Part shown: positions 54,132-64,000 of the stretch, in pieces | Numbering within the stretch: position 1 is the first letter of the stretch | Layout of the letters: the number at the start of each line of letters is the position of its first letter | From: Macrostomum lignano | Lineage: Eukaryota | Assembly (NCBI GenBank): GCA_002269645.1 | Contig: NIVC01000546.1 | Location: forward strand, 62,001 to 126,000 | Reading direction: 5' to 3' | DNA length: 64,000 bases | Notes under the pieces: generated by a model | What the model saw: the letters and a program-made list of their open reading frames with translations, nothing else | The model's database searches: none | What the model was told of the DNA's origin: nothing | Position numbers and translations under genes: made by a program

Positions 54132-55925
54132 AGATTGAACGTTATTGAGAGTGAAACATATTGTTTTCGAAAGTTGCAGGGACTTTTGTGGGGATTTCTT
54201 CCAAAACATGTAAGCAATTTAAACTTTTCAGAAATTTCCTTTAAACGCATTAACTCAAATTTTCTTTGCTTTTCTAGAATCTTTTTTATATTCAATCGAC
54301 TATGTCACCTTCCACAAAAATTTATTTAATCTGGTTAACCATCTTACTTTTGAAATGATGCTAGGGGTAAGTTCAATTTATTTAAGAAGTTTGTGTAGTA
54401 ACATTTTAACAATAAACAGCTGCTACCATTTTTACAGAGATTGAATGTTGCATCTTTAAATACTGTTGCGAAGTGACTCAGGAAATGTCCTAAGATCACT
54501 CCGAATTTGTTCTGTCGAGGTAGACAATTTCCTTCGAATTTTTGGCTAGTTAAAAGCTTGTACGCTTGTGCTATCTTATTGTTAATTTTTTTCAAAACTC
54601 TTATTTTCGCTCGTATTACTGCTGTCCCTCTGATTCTGATTCTGATTCATTCTGATTCTTTTTACGCTGAAGTGGCGCCAAAGCTACTTAGCAAATTGCA
54701 TCTACCATTCAATGAGCTCTCTTTGTCCCGTTGAGGTTTTTGTGGAACTATTTTGTAATTGCAAACAGTGACACGAAGTGTCCCCTGGTCGTCGAAAAGT
54801 GTGGGCCCAACAATATACAACGATGAAAAATTTATACCTCGCATTCTGTCGCCCTCGTTGCAATACGCTCGTAGCTAAAACCATTGGACCAAAGAGGAAG
54901 TCAAACTGGACAGGCCCGATGTCGGCTTGTTTATCTTAGATGGAAAAGCTTCCAGTTACATTTACTCTTCTCTCTGATAGGCCGGTCGTTAAATTGATGA
55001 GAATTATTATTAAGACTTGCTCCGGTATTAGCGCTTACTTGAAGTATCAAGTCCAGTAACCTGCAGTAGACGCGTGTTTGACAATATTCTGCCGGAATTT
55101 TACCTCTTAAATCTACTCATTAAAGCTGTTGGGACGCAAAGTTTCAGAATCCAGTTTTTTGGAGAAATTTTGTTAAAAGCAAGCAAGTTTTATACTCGCG
55201 TTTACCTTTACTTATTCACGCATATAGTTCAGCTTCGATGTTTTACAGGTCATTTGTTACTGAATGACAGCCTTCAAAAGGTTTCTGTTTGATGTCAGGC
55301 ATGAAACTCTACAACGCGAAACTTTATTGTCCCATTTTGTTTGTTTTCCCTGTGCAAACGCAGACGCGGCTGAGGAAAATGTTTGACAATACCAAATAAT
55401 GTGTGTACTACCGACACGAGCTGGTATTGGGGGCTGGCCTAACGCAAAAAAGTATGTTTCTCCAGGAAGGTCTATATTAGCTCGTACAAGCGCAGTTGAA
55501 CTCTGAGAGTTATTGATTGACACTATATTAGCGCATATTGTTAACAAGTGTAGCCCGCTGCGATATCTTTAGCAAAACTTTCGCGGCTTTCTATTGCAAA
55601 TAGATGAAGCTAGTATAGTGTAGAGTGTACCCGTACATGCATATCTTTGAGTGGCGATCTTCCTTCACAAAATTCTCCTTGTCTAGACAGCTAGCTCCTG
55701 GTTTTAATCGCTACACAGCAACTACATGTATACAGGCACTCCTAAGCAGTGTCCAGAACCGGTGCTCCCATGCAAAAGCGACCCGTAGAGTGGCTCCGAC
55801 GGTGGGTACTGAACCTGCAAACGCTGCAAAGTAAAAGTTTCTTTACGCGAGTCCTTTACAATGCACCAGTAAAGCATCCAGTAGGATTCAGGTAAACTGC
55901 AGGAGCGGCTCCTGCCGGACAGATC

Positions 55926-56287
55926 TATGCGTAGAACCGCTGCCGCGTCCCTTTCAGTTCCTGCATCAACTATGCGTAGAACCGCTGCCGCATCCCTTTC
56001 AGTTCCTGCATCAACTATGCGTAGAACCGCTGCCGCGTCCCTTTCAGTTCCTGCATCAAATATGCGTAGAACCGCTGCCGCGTCCCTTTCAGTTCCTGCA
56101 TCAACTATGCGTAGAACCGCTGCCGCGGGATCCCTTTCAGTTCCTGCATCAACTATGCGTAGAACCGCTGCCGCGTCCCTTTCAGTTCCTGCATCAACTA
56201 TGCGTAGAACCGCTGCCGCGTCCCTTTCAGTTCCTGCATCAACTATGCGTAGAACCGCTGCCGCGTCCCTTTCACTTCCTGCATCAA
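55926..56287. repeat. 45-bp minisatellite, 8 copies (TATGCGTAGAACCGCTGCCGCGTCCCTTTCAGTTCCTGCATCAAC)
   Basis: Tandem array that stays open in one frame on each strand. Confidence 0.95.
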
Positions 56288-57868
56288 CGTCCAGAGGATT
56301 CAAGCGTTGCCAACACAGAGAGAGCTCGAAGTCGCCTTCCATGAGGCTCAGCAAACGAAAGCCTCCGTCCGAGAATACAGCACGCATGAAGAGTTCGGGG
56401 TAGGGCATCTGCGGTGGTCGCCATCATAAACCCGAAAAATCACCATTCCGAAAGCACTTCCCATCATAAACCCGAAATGTCACAACTCCGAAAACCAAAA
56501 CAGTGTTGGACATTGCTAGAACTGATATGATATTTCGGGTTTGTGATGCCACCCCCCACCCATCTGAGGTGGCTCCCAATTAGGCGCCAATACATGACTG
56601 TGGGAGGCCAGTGTGGAGCGGACTTCGTTAACTGCTCTTCATCACAGATTTACAGCAGATGTGTAGTTGGTGAGTCTTCCCAACGATTTCGGCTACTGCC
56701 GAATCCCAGCCAAGAGGTGGTGACACTCTTGCTTGTTTAAAAGCATGTCGGTTGAGCTCTGACTGAGTAAACCAATCTATGTATAGGTAGTTTGAAAGTT
56801 TCTTAAAAACACTATATGTTAAAAACCTACTTCGATGAATAAAAACCATTTAGCGAGTCACTATCGCGGCGGGATTCTCGCCGCCCATGCACAGCCGGAA
56901 AGAGAGAGTCTGCAGTGCCTAATCTGCAGGCATCCCACCTGGTGAGGACTGTGTTTGGCGCAGAGTTTTTCCCCGATCAGGCCCTGCTGCTGACTTTGAG
57001 TTGCTGCTTTTTGAAATCTAGCTGACAGCATGCTAGGGATTTCTAATCTCATGCGCTCGGGTTGCCTGTAGTTTCAAAATTTAGGCATCCTTATTTCTTA
57101 GAAAACATATTTTTGGGGCTGGTTTGTCGATAAAAATGTGCAATATACAGTAAAAAGTACAAGATAAAGTCTCGACTGATCTGCATTCTCTGTGAATTTG
57201 AAGGCTTGTCACATGTGTATAATAGCTAGTGTGTGTTCGCGATTTTTTTCTGAATTGTGACTGAAGCAGCTTGACCGAGTCGCTTCCAACCCAAATCCAC
57301 TGAAATCCACGTTCATCTGGCTTTCTTCGAAGTTAATAGATCCGCTCTTCTGCTACTGAAGCATAGAGACATGTAAAAACGATACTAATACTCGAGGTAA
57401 GCAACGATCTTCATATATTAACAAATGTAATGCTTATTGAAATATTAAAAAACCAAGTATTAAACAGGTTGGCATATTAAAAAATAAATTTTCATTCGCT
57501 AACAGTTTTGAAAGCAAGGGTGACTGGGAAATGAGATTTCAACTGTGCAATCTTACACAATAGAAACAGGATAGAACAAGTTTTTAGAAAATTATTCTTC
57601 TAATTGCTGCTCAAGTACGAGCAGAATTTAGCGAGGTTCAGTCATTCAATACTCAGAGTTAAAAGTAATGATCCTCTGGATAAAAGATTTCATGCGCATA
57701 AAACTGATTCACAGTCAAAACTTCCCTACATCGATGACAATCAAGGTTCGCTGAACTGATCGACTCAGGAAGCGACCTTCGGACCTCAGACTTGAAGCTG
57801 TTGCGCCTTCTTTTGCTGGGCTTTTGTGATGAGCTGCAGATGAAATAGTTGTGTAGAAGATTAATATT

Positions 57869-58273
57869 CTCAGCAACATGTTCAAGTTTCAACCCCAAAA
57901 CCAGTGGTCAACTTTCCTCAGATCTCAGCCCCAAGTGACGCATTTCACACCACATCCGTGGGCTCGTATGGGCTGATTACGCAATCAAGCTGATTTGAAG
58001 AAAAATAAACTGATATTAGTGTATTGTCAATCAATTTGAGTCACTGCTCGAATCGACATCCCGGCTTCAAGCATGCCAATAGCATGCCATCGCTCAGCGT
58101 TTGTCATTTGGCAGACCATTGCGAAATTTATGAGGACTGAAAACTGAGAGTAGCAGCTTTAATCCAACAATTGAGAATCGTTGAGAATCGTCTCGTCTCA
58201 ACACCCACAGTTCTGAGATCTGAGGAAAGTTGACCACTGGGCTTCGGGGTGGAAACTTTAACATGTTGCTGAG
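57869..58273. repeat. Inverted repeat, arms 57869-57928 and 58213-58273
   Basis: CTCAGCAACATGTT.AAGTTTC.ACCCC.AA..CCAGTGGTCAACTTTCCTCAGATCTCAG and its reverse complement. Confidence 0.85.
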
Positions 58274-58656
58274 TGGACTCTTAAAAAGCAAAGCACTATT
58301 CAGTAATGTTAGCTTAAAAGGCCCAGTATTCGACCAAGCTCTTTCGATCTTCAAGAGATATGGTGAATGTTTCCTGTACTTTTGATCTTATAATCAGTAG
58401 TCGAACGGCTTGTATCTGCAAAGATGTACAGATAGTTCCAAAACACCCATTATCATGAATTTATCGGTAATTACTGGCTAAAATACTTTGGCCAAGCGAA
58501 AGTATTTATTAGGTTTACCTTGGCTCTTTAAAGCAGTACTTAAAAAGCAGGTGTTTCCGTATAATTAGAACCAGGCCCTACTAAACTCTTGCCTTGTTAT
58601 TTATATTAAAGCTTTAAAGCATCTCTGCTTCAATAATGACATGTACATGTACTCAC

Positions 58657-59062
58657 TCGCAGAGATGGAGTTGACTTTGCAAGCCACTGCTGAACTGCCG
58701 CTGCTGCTGCAGCACTGCAGACCGCAGAAGCAGCTCAATTTTGGCCATCTCTCAACCGTCTCATTGGCAGTACATTTCGCTGACGACGGCTTCAACAGTG
58801 GCTGCTGCCTGGCATAGAATTCTGGCAGCGGAGTCGAGGCACCGCGGACATCGCTGACGGCCTCCACGATCTGCTCGCTGCTGCTGCTGCCGTTACTGCA
58901 GGTGCCAACAACGCTGCGGAGACTGCAAACAAAGCTGCCATTCGATGTTGAGCTGATGCTGGCATTGCTGCTGTCAGGGAAACTGATACCTCTGCGTGGA
59001 CTACTGTTTCTATTATAATAAAATGGATTGTTATTAACGATACCGCTGTCGTTCAATGACAT
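58657..59062 (-). CDS. Probable first coding exon of an unidentified Ser-rich protein; downstream exons not resolved
   Basis: 135-codon GC-rich ATG-led frame ending at a strong donor A|GTGAGT; no recognisable domain. Confidence 0.35.
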
Positions 59063-59669
59063 GGCAGCAAATTGGTGTTAATCAATCAGCTTTAAATTTA
59101 TATTCCACCTGCAATTAAAACAGCCTCGTGAGTAATCAAAGCTTGGAAGCCAGTCATTCAGTCAGTGAAAGGTGAAGTGAAGTGAAGTGAAGCTACGCTC
59201 GTATAATCGATCCAATATCATTTTGGGGTTTGCGCTTAAGATCCGATTTGCATGTACGGCACTTTTGCACTTTAACAGGCACAAGGATCGACGATTGGAA
59301 ATCAAAATTGAAGAAAAAGAGACTGAGGGTTAAACAAATTTACAGTACATCATGTTACGCATGTACACGAGGGGAAGGGCATCTATAAAACTCGTGCTAC
59401 GTAAGACGGCCCAACTGCGGCTACCAGCAACTGCGACCCTTGTGCACCAAAATTGGCAGGGGGTTGTCGTGCAATTTACAGCCATTTAGCCATGAAGTTC
59501 AACCCCCCAGGTACAGAGAGTGTACATGCCTGATGATTAGAACGTCATGGCCGCTGTTCATCCTATATTGAGCGTTGCATAAGTGCGTGCCTGTGCATAT
59601 ATACTATATTTTTTTATTATCTCAATTGAAAATCACAAGTTTAATATAGATTTTACATGTATTTCGTTT

Positions 59670-59997
59670 GTAGCCTAGAGCGTCGGACTCACGACTAAAA
59701 GGTCGGGGTTCGATTCCCGATCCCACTTGAACAATTAATTATGTCCTTGAGCTAGAAACTTAACTCTGCATTGTTTCAGTTCAACCAGCTGTAAAATGGG
59801 TGCCCAGCATTATACATGTACATGTAGCTGGGGTATAAATTGCAGCAGCGGGTGTGTGTTGCGACCCTAGTCCATATGGACTGAATAACAGTCGTACATG
59901 TACGCAGCCAATTCAGATGCGCCGAGCAAGCTGCGGCTGAGCTGTCGGTTTGTACATCTGGCCCCACAGGTGGAATCAGTTAATTACATGTATTATT
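59670..59997 (+). mobile_element. tRNA-derived CORE-SINE, second copy
   Basis: B-box GGTTCGATTCCC, CORE-like TATGTCCTTGAGCTAGAAACTTAACTCTGCATTGTTTCAGTTCAACCAGCTGTAAAATGGG; collinear with 3832-4131. Confidence 0.8.
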
Positions 59998-62399
59998 GTG
60001 GCATACAATAGCAGGCAGTCGACGAAATTCGCCGAGTGCGAGCCTGTCCCCGCCGAAGTCCATCATGCACTTCATTCAGTATACATTGTACGATTATATT
60101 TATGGACACGTTTCTCCTCTCTCTTCTTGCCAGCCTAGTTGTAGTCGAAGAGAGTTGTTGCAACGGCTGTAAAATGCATGAAACATTGCTTTAACAATAC
60201 CAGTCCAGTTTTGCATGCGTGCGGGTTTAACGAACCTAAAAATCTAGAAAGTACTTTTATGAGTGCTAAGCCTGTATGAGAAGTACCCATTTCGCACACA
60301 ACTCACACTTATACCCATAAGTTTTTGTGCGCTTGGAGTCCGGCGTATATTTACAGTTTTGCATCCGAATCAATGGAACGATATAATTGCACAATTTTAA
60401 ACTGCAGAATTTCTTAGAAACTATGAAATTTATAAAATTGCGCAATTAGATGTCACACTTTGAATTTTGTGCATATTAATATTGTAATGCTTGTCTAGTT
60501 CTAGTTTTTACCTTTTTAGTTGTTCCTTACAGAGGTTTGAGGAATATATCTCATGATATATTTATATTGTAAGAGAAGACATGTCTTATTTAACAAACAT
60601 TAGGGCCTAGGGCCTAACATATATTTTAAGCTTTTAGTGGAATTTTCCTAATTACTTTTTAAACAATTAATTTAACCTTGCTCAGTTTAGATGAATTTAA
60701 GGCTTCTTAGTAGGCCTATTTTCTTCTTATCAATTTTAAAATAATCAGTAGGATAGGATATGAACAAACTAATAAATTATAATATAATTCTACCAATTAT
60801 ATAAAATGTTTATTTAATTGATTATGCCTAACAATATTCATTCTTCATCCCCCTTATCAATTTAGGCCTAGGCCCTAAGTAAAAGCTTATCTTTCTTTTA
60901 ATCACCTAGAGCCATTCTAAAGAATAAGATAAAATGTTAGTCAAGTTAATCTATAGAGCTATGCCTATAGCCTAAATGTTGCTTTAACAATTATAATTTA
61001 TATAGAGTTCTTGAAGTTTGTTTTGTAATAAAACAAGTAGGGTCGAAAATTTTGGTTTCATGAATGAAATTGCAAAGGTAAATTAAAAATTTAAGATAGA
61101 AATTACAAACATTGCTAAAGTCTAGGGACCTACTTATTTTTTGAGACTTTAAATAGAGTAAGTATTGACTACAAATCCTTTTCTAATTTTTAAAAGCCTT
61201 GCTTGGCAATTTTTTGGTTTACCACTCTTAAATATTTTAACCCCTTTTCAGAGTCCCAAAGTGACAGAAACAACCACTAGGCTTTCAGAAGCATACATGC
61301 GCAACTTCTGAAATTACGCTGGCCGTGCGACTTAGTTTTCGATAAAAAATGCGACTTACCTATGAAAGAGCCAAGCAAAAACTTTAGGTAAACGGCAGGA
61401 GTAACTATGACCATATTTTTAAAGCTAAATGCCCCGCCAGCTAATAAGTGCTGCGTGCAGATTCCGCGTTTTTATAACAGCTAATCAGTGTCATCTAGTG
61501 GCGGCATGAAGCAATTAGTAAATTGTCAGTACAGTGTAGTGAGCATACTACAAAAGTCATGATTCATGAATGTCCAGAAGTAAGTGAAGTGAATACAGTG
61601 TGACCTATAGCTCAAGAACGATTTGCTAGACGATTTGGCATGGAAGATGAGAGCCCTGATTCAGATGGCTCATCAGATGCAGAATACGAATCCAGTAGAG
61701 ATACAAGCTGTGAAAACCCACAGATTTTTAAACCACTGAATTCTAATTCCCGGAACTATTTTTGCATAGATTCTAAATTTGAAGTCATGCTCAAACAAAA
61801 ACTTGTTAACAGTTAGGAAAAAGGCAAAGATGGGAGTAATGCATGTTAAACTAAGATTTGAGGCCTTTGCAAATTCTCTCCATTCCTCAATCTTCTCATC
61901 CTCTTTTTCTTTTCTCTCTCATCCCTTACCCCTTCTCTCTTTCCTCTCCTCTCTCCTCTCTTTCCTCTCCTCTCCTATCTCTTCTGTCTCCTCTCTACAT
62001 TCTTATCTCTCCTCTCGTCTCTCTCCATTCCACTCTACTCTCTCATCTTATCTTCCCTCTCGTCTCTCTCCACTCTACTCTCTCATTATCTCTCCTCTCT
62101 TTTCTACTCTCTCATCTCTCCTCTCTTCACTCTCCTCTCATCTCCTCTTTATCCTCTCTTCTCTCATCTACTCTCTCCTCTTTCCTCTTTCCTCTCTTCT
62201 GATCTTATCCATCATCTTTTCTTTCCTCTTTTCTCTAATCTCCTCTTCTCTCTCATCTCTTTTTCCTCCCTCAGCTTTTCTCTCCTCTTCCATCTTTTCT
62301 CCCATCGCATCGCTCGCCTCTCCTCTGTTTGCTTATCTCTAATCTTCTATTCCCTCTACTTTGAAGTAAGAAAATATGCACATATTTTTGCTGAAGATA

Positions 62400-62648
62400 A
62401 GAGGAGAGAAGAGGGCATTGAGGAGAAAGGGTAGAGAGAAAGGGGGAGAAGAGAGGAGAGTAAAAATGAGAGGAGAGAGAAGAGGGAAAAGGGGGAGAGA
62501 GAGAAGAGGGGAGGCAAGGTAGAGAAGAAGAGAGAGATGAGAGTTGAAGAGACACCAACCTTGCTACTCGTAGTTAGGAAGTTTCAAAGAACCCGAGGGG
62601 CGAGGGCCAGATAGAGGGGCTTTGCGAGCCGGAGTTTGCCAACCCCTG
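62400..62648 (-). mobile_element. Fragment of the hAT MITE family of 45131, nested in the long TIR element
   Basis: The reverse complement of 62590-62648 (CAGGGGTTGGCAAACTCCGGCTCGCAAAGCCCCTCTATCTGGCCCTCG) matches the 45131 left end; the other end was not found. Confidence 0.7.
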
Positions 62649-62769
62649 CTCCAGAGTTAAAGAAATGACGCGGGCTTCTGATTTCAAAGATCTTGTCTGT
62701 GGTTGAAGGCTTCTATTCTGTTTTTGCTCTCCTGCCACACTTGCACCTACTACCCCCTGATTGCCTCTG

Positions 62770-63615
62770 ATTGTGACTTACTTCCCTCTTATTGCGACTT
62801 AGTTGCTTCTTTTTGCGACTTACCTAATCCTTTTTGCGACTTACTTAATCCTTTTTGCGACTTACCTAATCCTTTTGCGACTTACCTAACCCTTTTGCGA
62901 CTTACCTAATCCTTTTTGCGACTTACTTAATCCTTTTTGCGACTTACTTAATCCTTTTTGCGACTTACTTAATCCTTTTGCGACTTACCTAACCCTTTGC
63001 GACTTACCTAACCCTTTGTGACTTACCTAATCCTTTTTGCGACTTACCTAATCCTTTTTGCGACTTACTTAATCCTTTTTGCGACTTACCTAATCCTTTT
63101 GCGACTTACCTAACCCTTTTGCGACTTACCTAACCCTTTGTGACTTACCTAACCCGACTTACCTAATCCTTTTTGCGACTTACCTAATCCTTTTTGCGAC
63201 TTACTTAATCCTTTTTGCGACTTACCTAATCCTTTTGCGACTTACCTAACCCTTTTGCGACTTACCTAATCCTTTTTGCGACTTACTTAATCCTTTTTGC
63301 GACTTACTTAATCCTTTTGCGACTTACCTAATCCTTTTTGCGACTTACCTAATCCTTTTTGCGACTTACCTAATCCTTTTGCGACTTAGCTGATCCTTTT
63401 GCGACTTACCTAACCCTTTTGCGACTTACCTAACCCTTTTGTGACTTACCTAACCCTTTTGCGACTTACCTAACCCTTTTGCGACTTAGCTGATCCTTTT
63501 GCGACTTACCTAATCCTTTTTGCGACTTACCTAATCCTTTTTGCGACTTACCTAATCCTTTTGCGACTTACCTGATTCCTGTTGCGACTTACCTGATCCT
63601 TTTTGCGACTTACCT
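62770..63615. repeat. ~21-bp minisatellite (TTTTGCGACTTACCTAATCCT) inside the TIR element
   Basis: About 40 copies of the element's subterminal TGCGACTTA motif. Confidence 0.96.
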
Positions 63616-64000
63616 GATTATTTTTACAACTTAGTTTGCTTCTTTTGCGAATTGTTTTTCTTTTGCTTCACCATTTTCCCTGAACTGCTCTTTCTTTCGC
63701 TTTCCTCTTGCCTTTCTTGGTTCTTGTGTTTTTCTGTTTTTGGTTGACTCAATTTTGCGACTTACCCCTGGTCAGCCACGATTTACGGTGGCCGAATCGG
63801 CCAGGTCGGCCAGCAGTTGCGCATGTATGTTCAGAAGTTTTTTTCAAATTCAAATCTTTTAAGTTTGCACTACACAGGGTAGTAGTGACATAGCAATGTC
63901 ACATGTCTCACAAGTCTTGCTATTAGCAAGCACATGGTGCATCACCAGGGTCCAAATTGTGTAGTAGTGTATGTGGGAACAAGAATCTTATCTTAGTTAA

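Larger units (their letters stand above)
61292..63829. mobile_element. 2.5-kb non-autonomous TIR element, same family as 31225-31511 in opposite orientation, 8-bp TSD TTCAGAAG
   Basis: TIR CATACATGCGCAAC...GTTGCGCATGTATG; TSD at 61284-91 and 63830-37; both terminal regions align to the short copy. Confidence 0.92.

Noticed and set aside
59670-59730. tRNA gene
   Set aside because: The D-arm is partly deleted, no acceptor stem forms, and it continues into a CORE domain; it is a SINE head.

Overview
Repeat-rich animal (eukaryotic) genomic DNA, not prokaryotic. GC-rich spliced exons, introns filled with minisatellites and many transposon relics suggest a free-living flatworm such as Macrostomum (inference only). 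Gene models rebuilt by hand from GT-AG phase matching: (1) a tandem pair of two-exon paralogues of unknown function (4307-5613, 7947-9399); (2) an alpha-1,3-fucosyltransferase (GT10, minus strand, 17210-11993) whose intron holds a Neptune-type Penelope-like element inside a (TATC)n tract; (3) a five-exon CXXC1/CFP1-like gene (34068-37910) with no visible CXXC domain; (4) CCDC61/VFL3 (38819-40801); (5) three four-exon genes encoding signal peptide + PAN/apple + fibrinogen C-terminal domain (43266-54131), two with apparent disabling lesions. Mobile elements: truncated Gypsy, internally deleted BEL/Pao with intact TSD, a 5'-truncated LINE interrupted by an 8-bp-TSD MITE, a 2.5-kb relative of that MITE, a hAT MITE and two CORE-SINEs. 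Most notable: an intronic 49-bp minisatellite made of tandem RFX X-box-like palindromes upstream of the basal-body gene CCDC61; a splice acceptor apparently supplied by a microsatellite; TACATGTA insertions resembling excision footprints; and splice acceptors just upstream of most start codons (possible SL trans-splicing).
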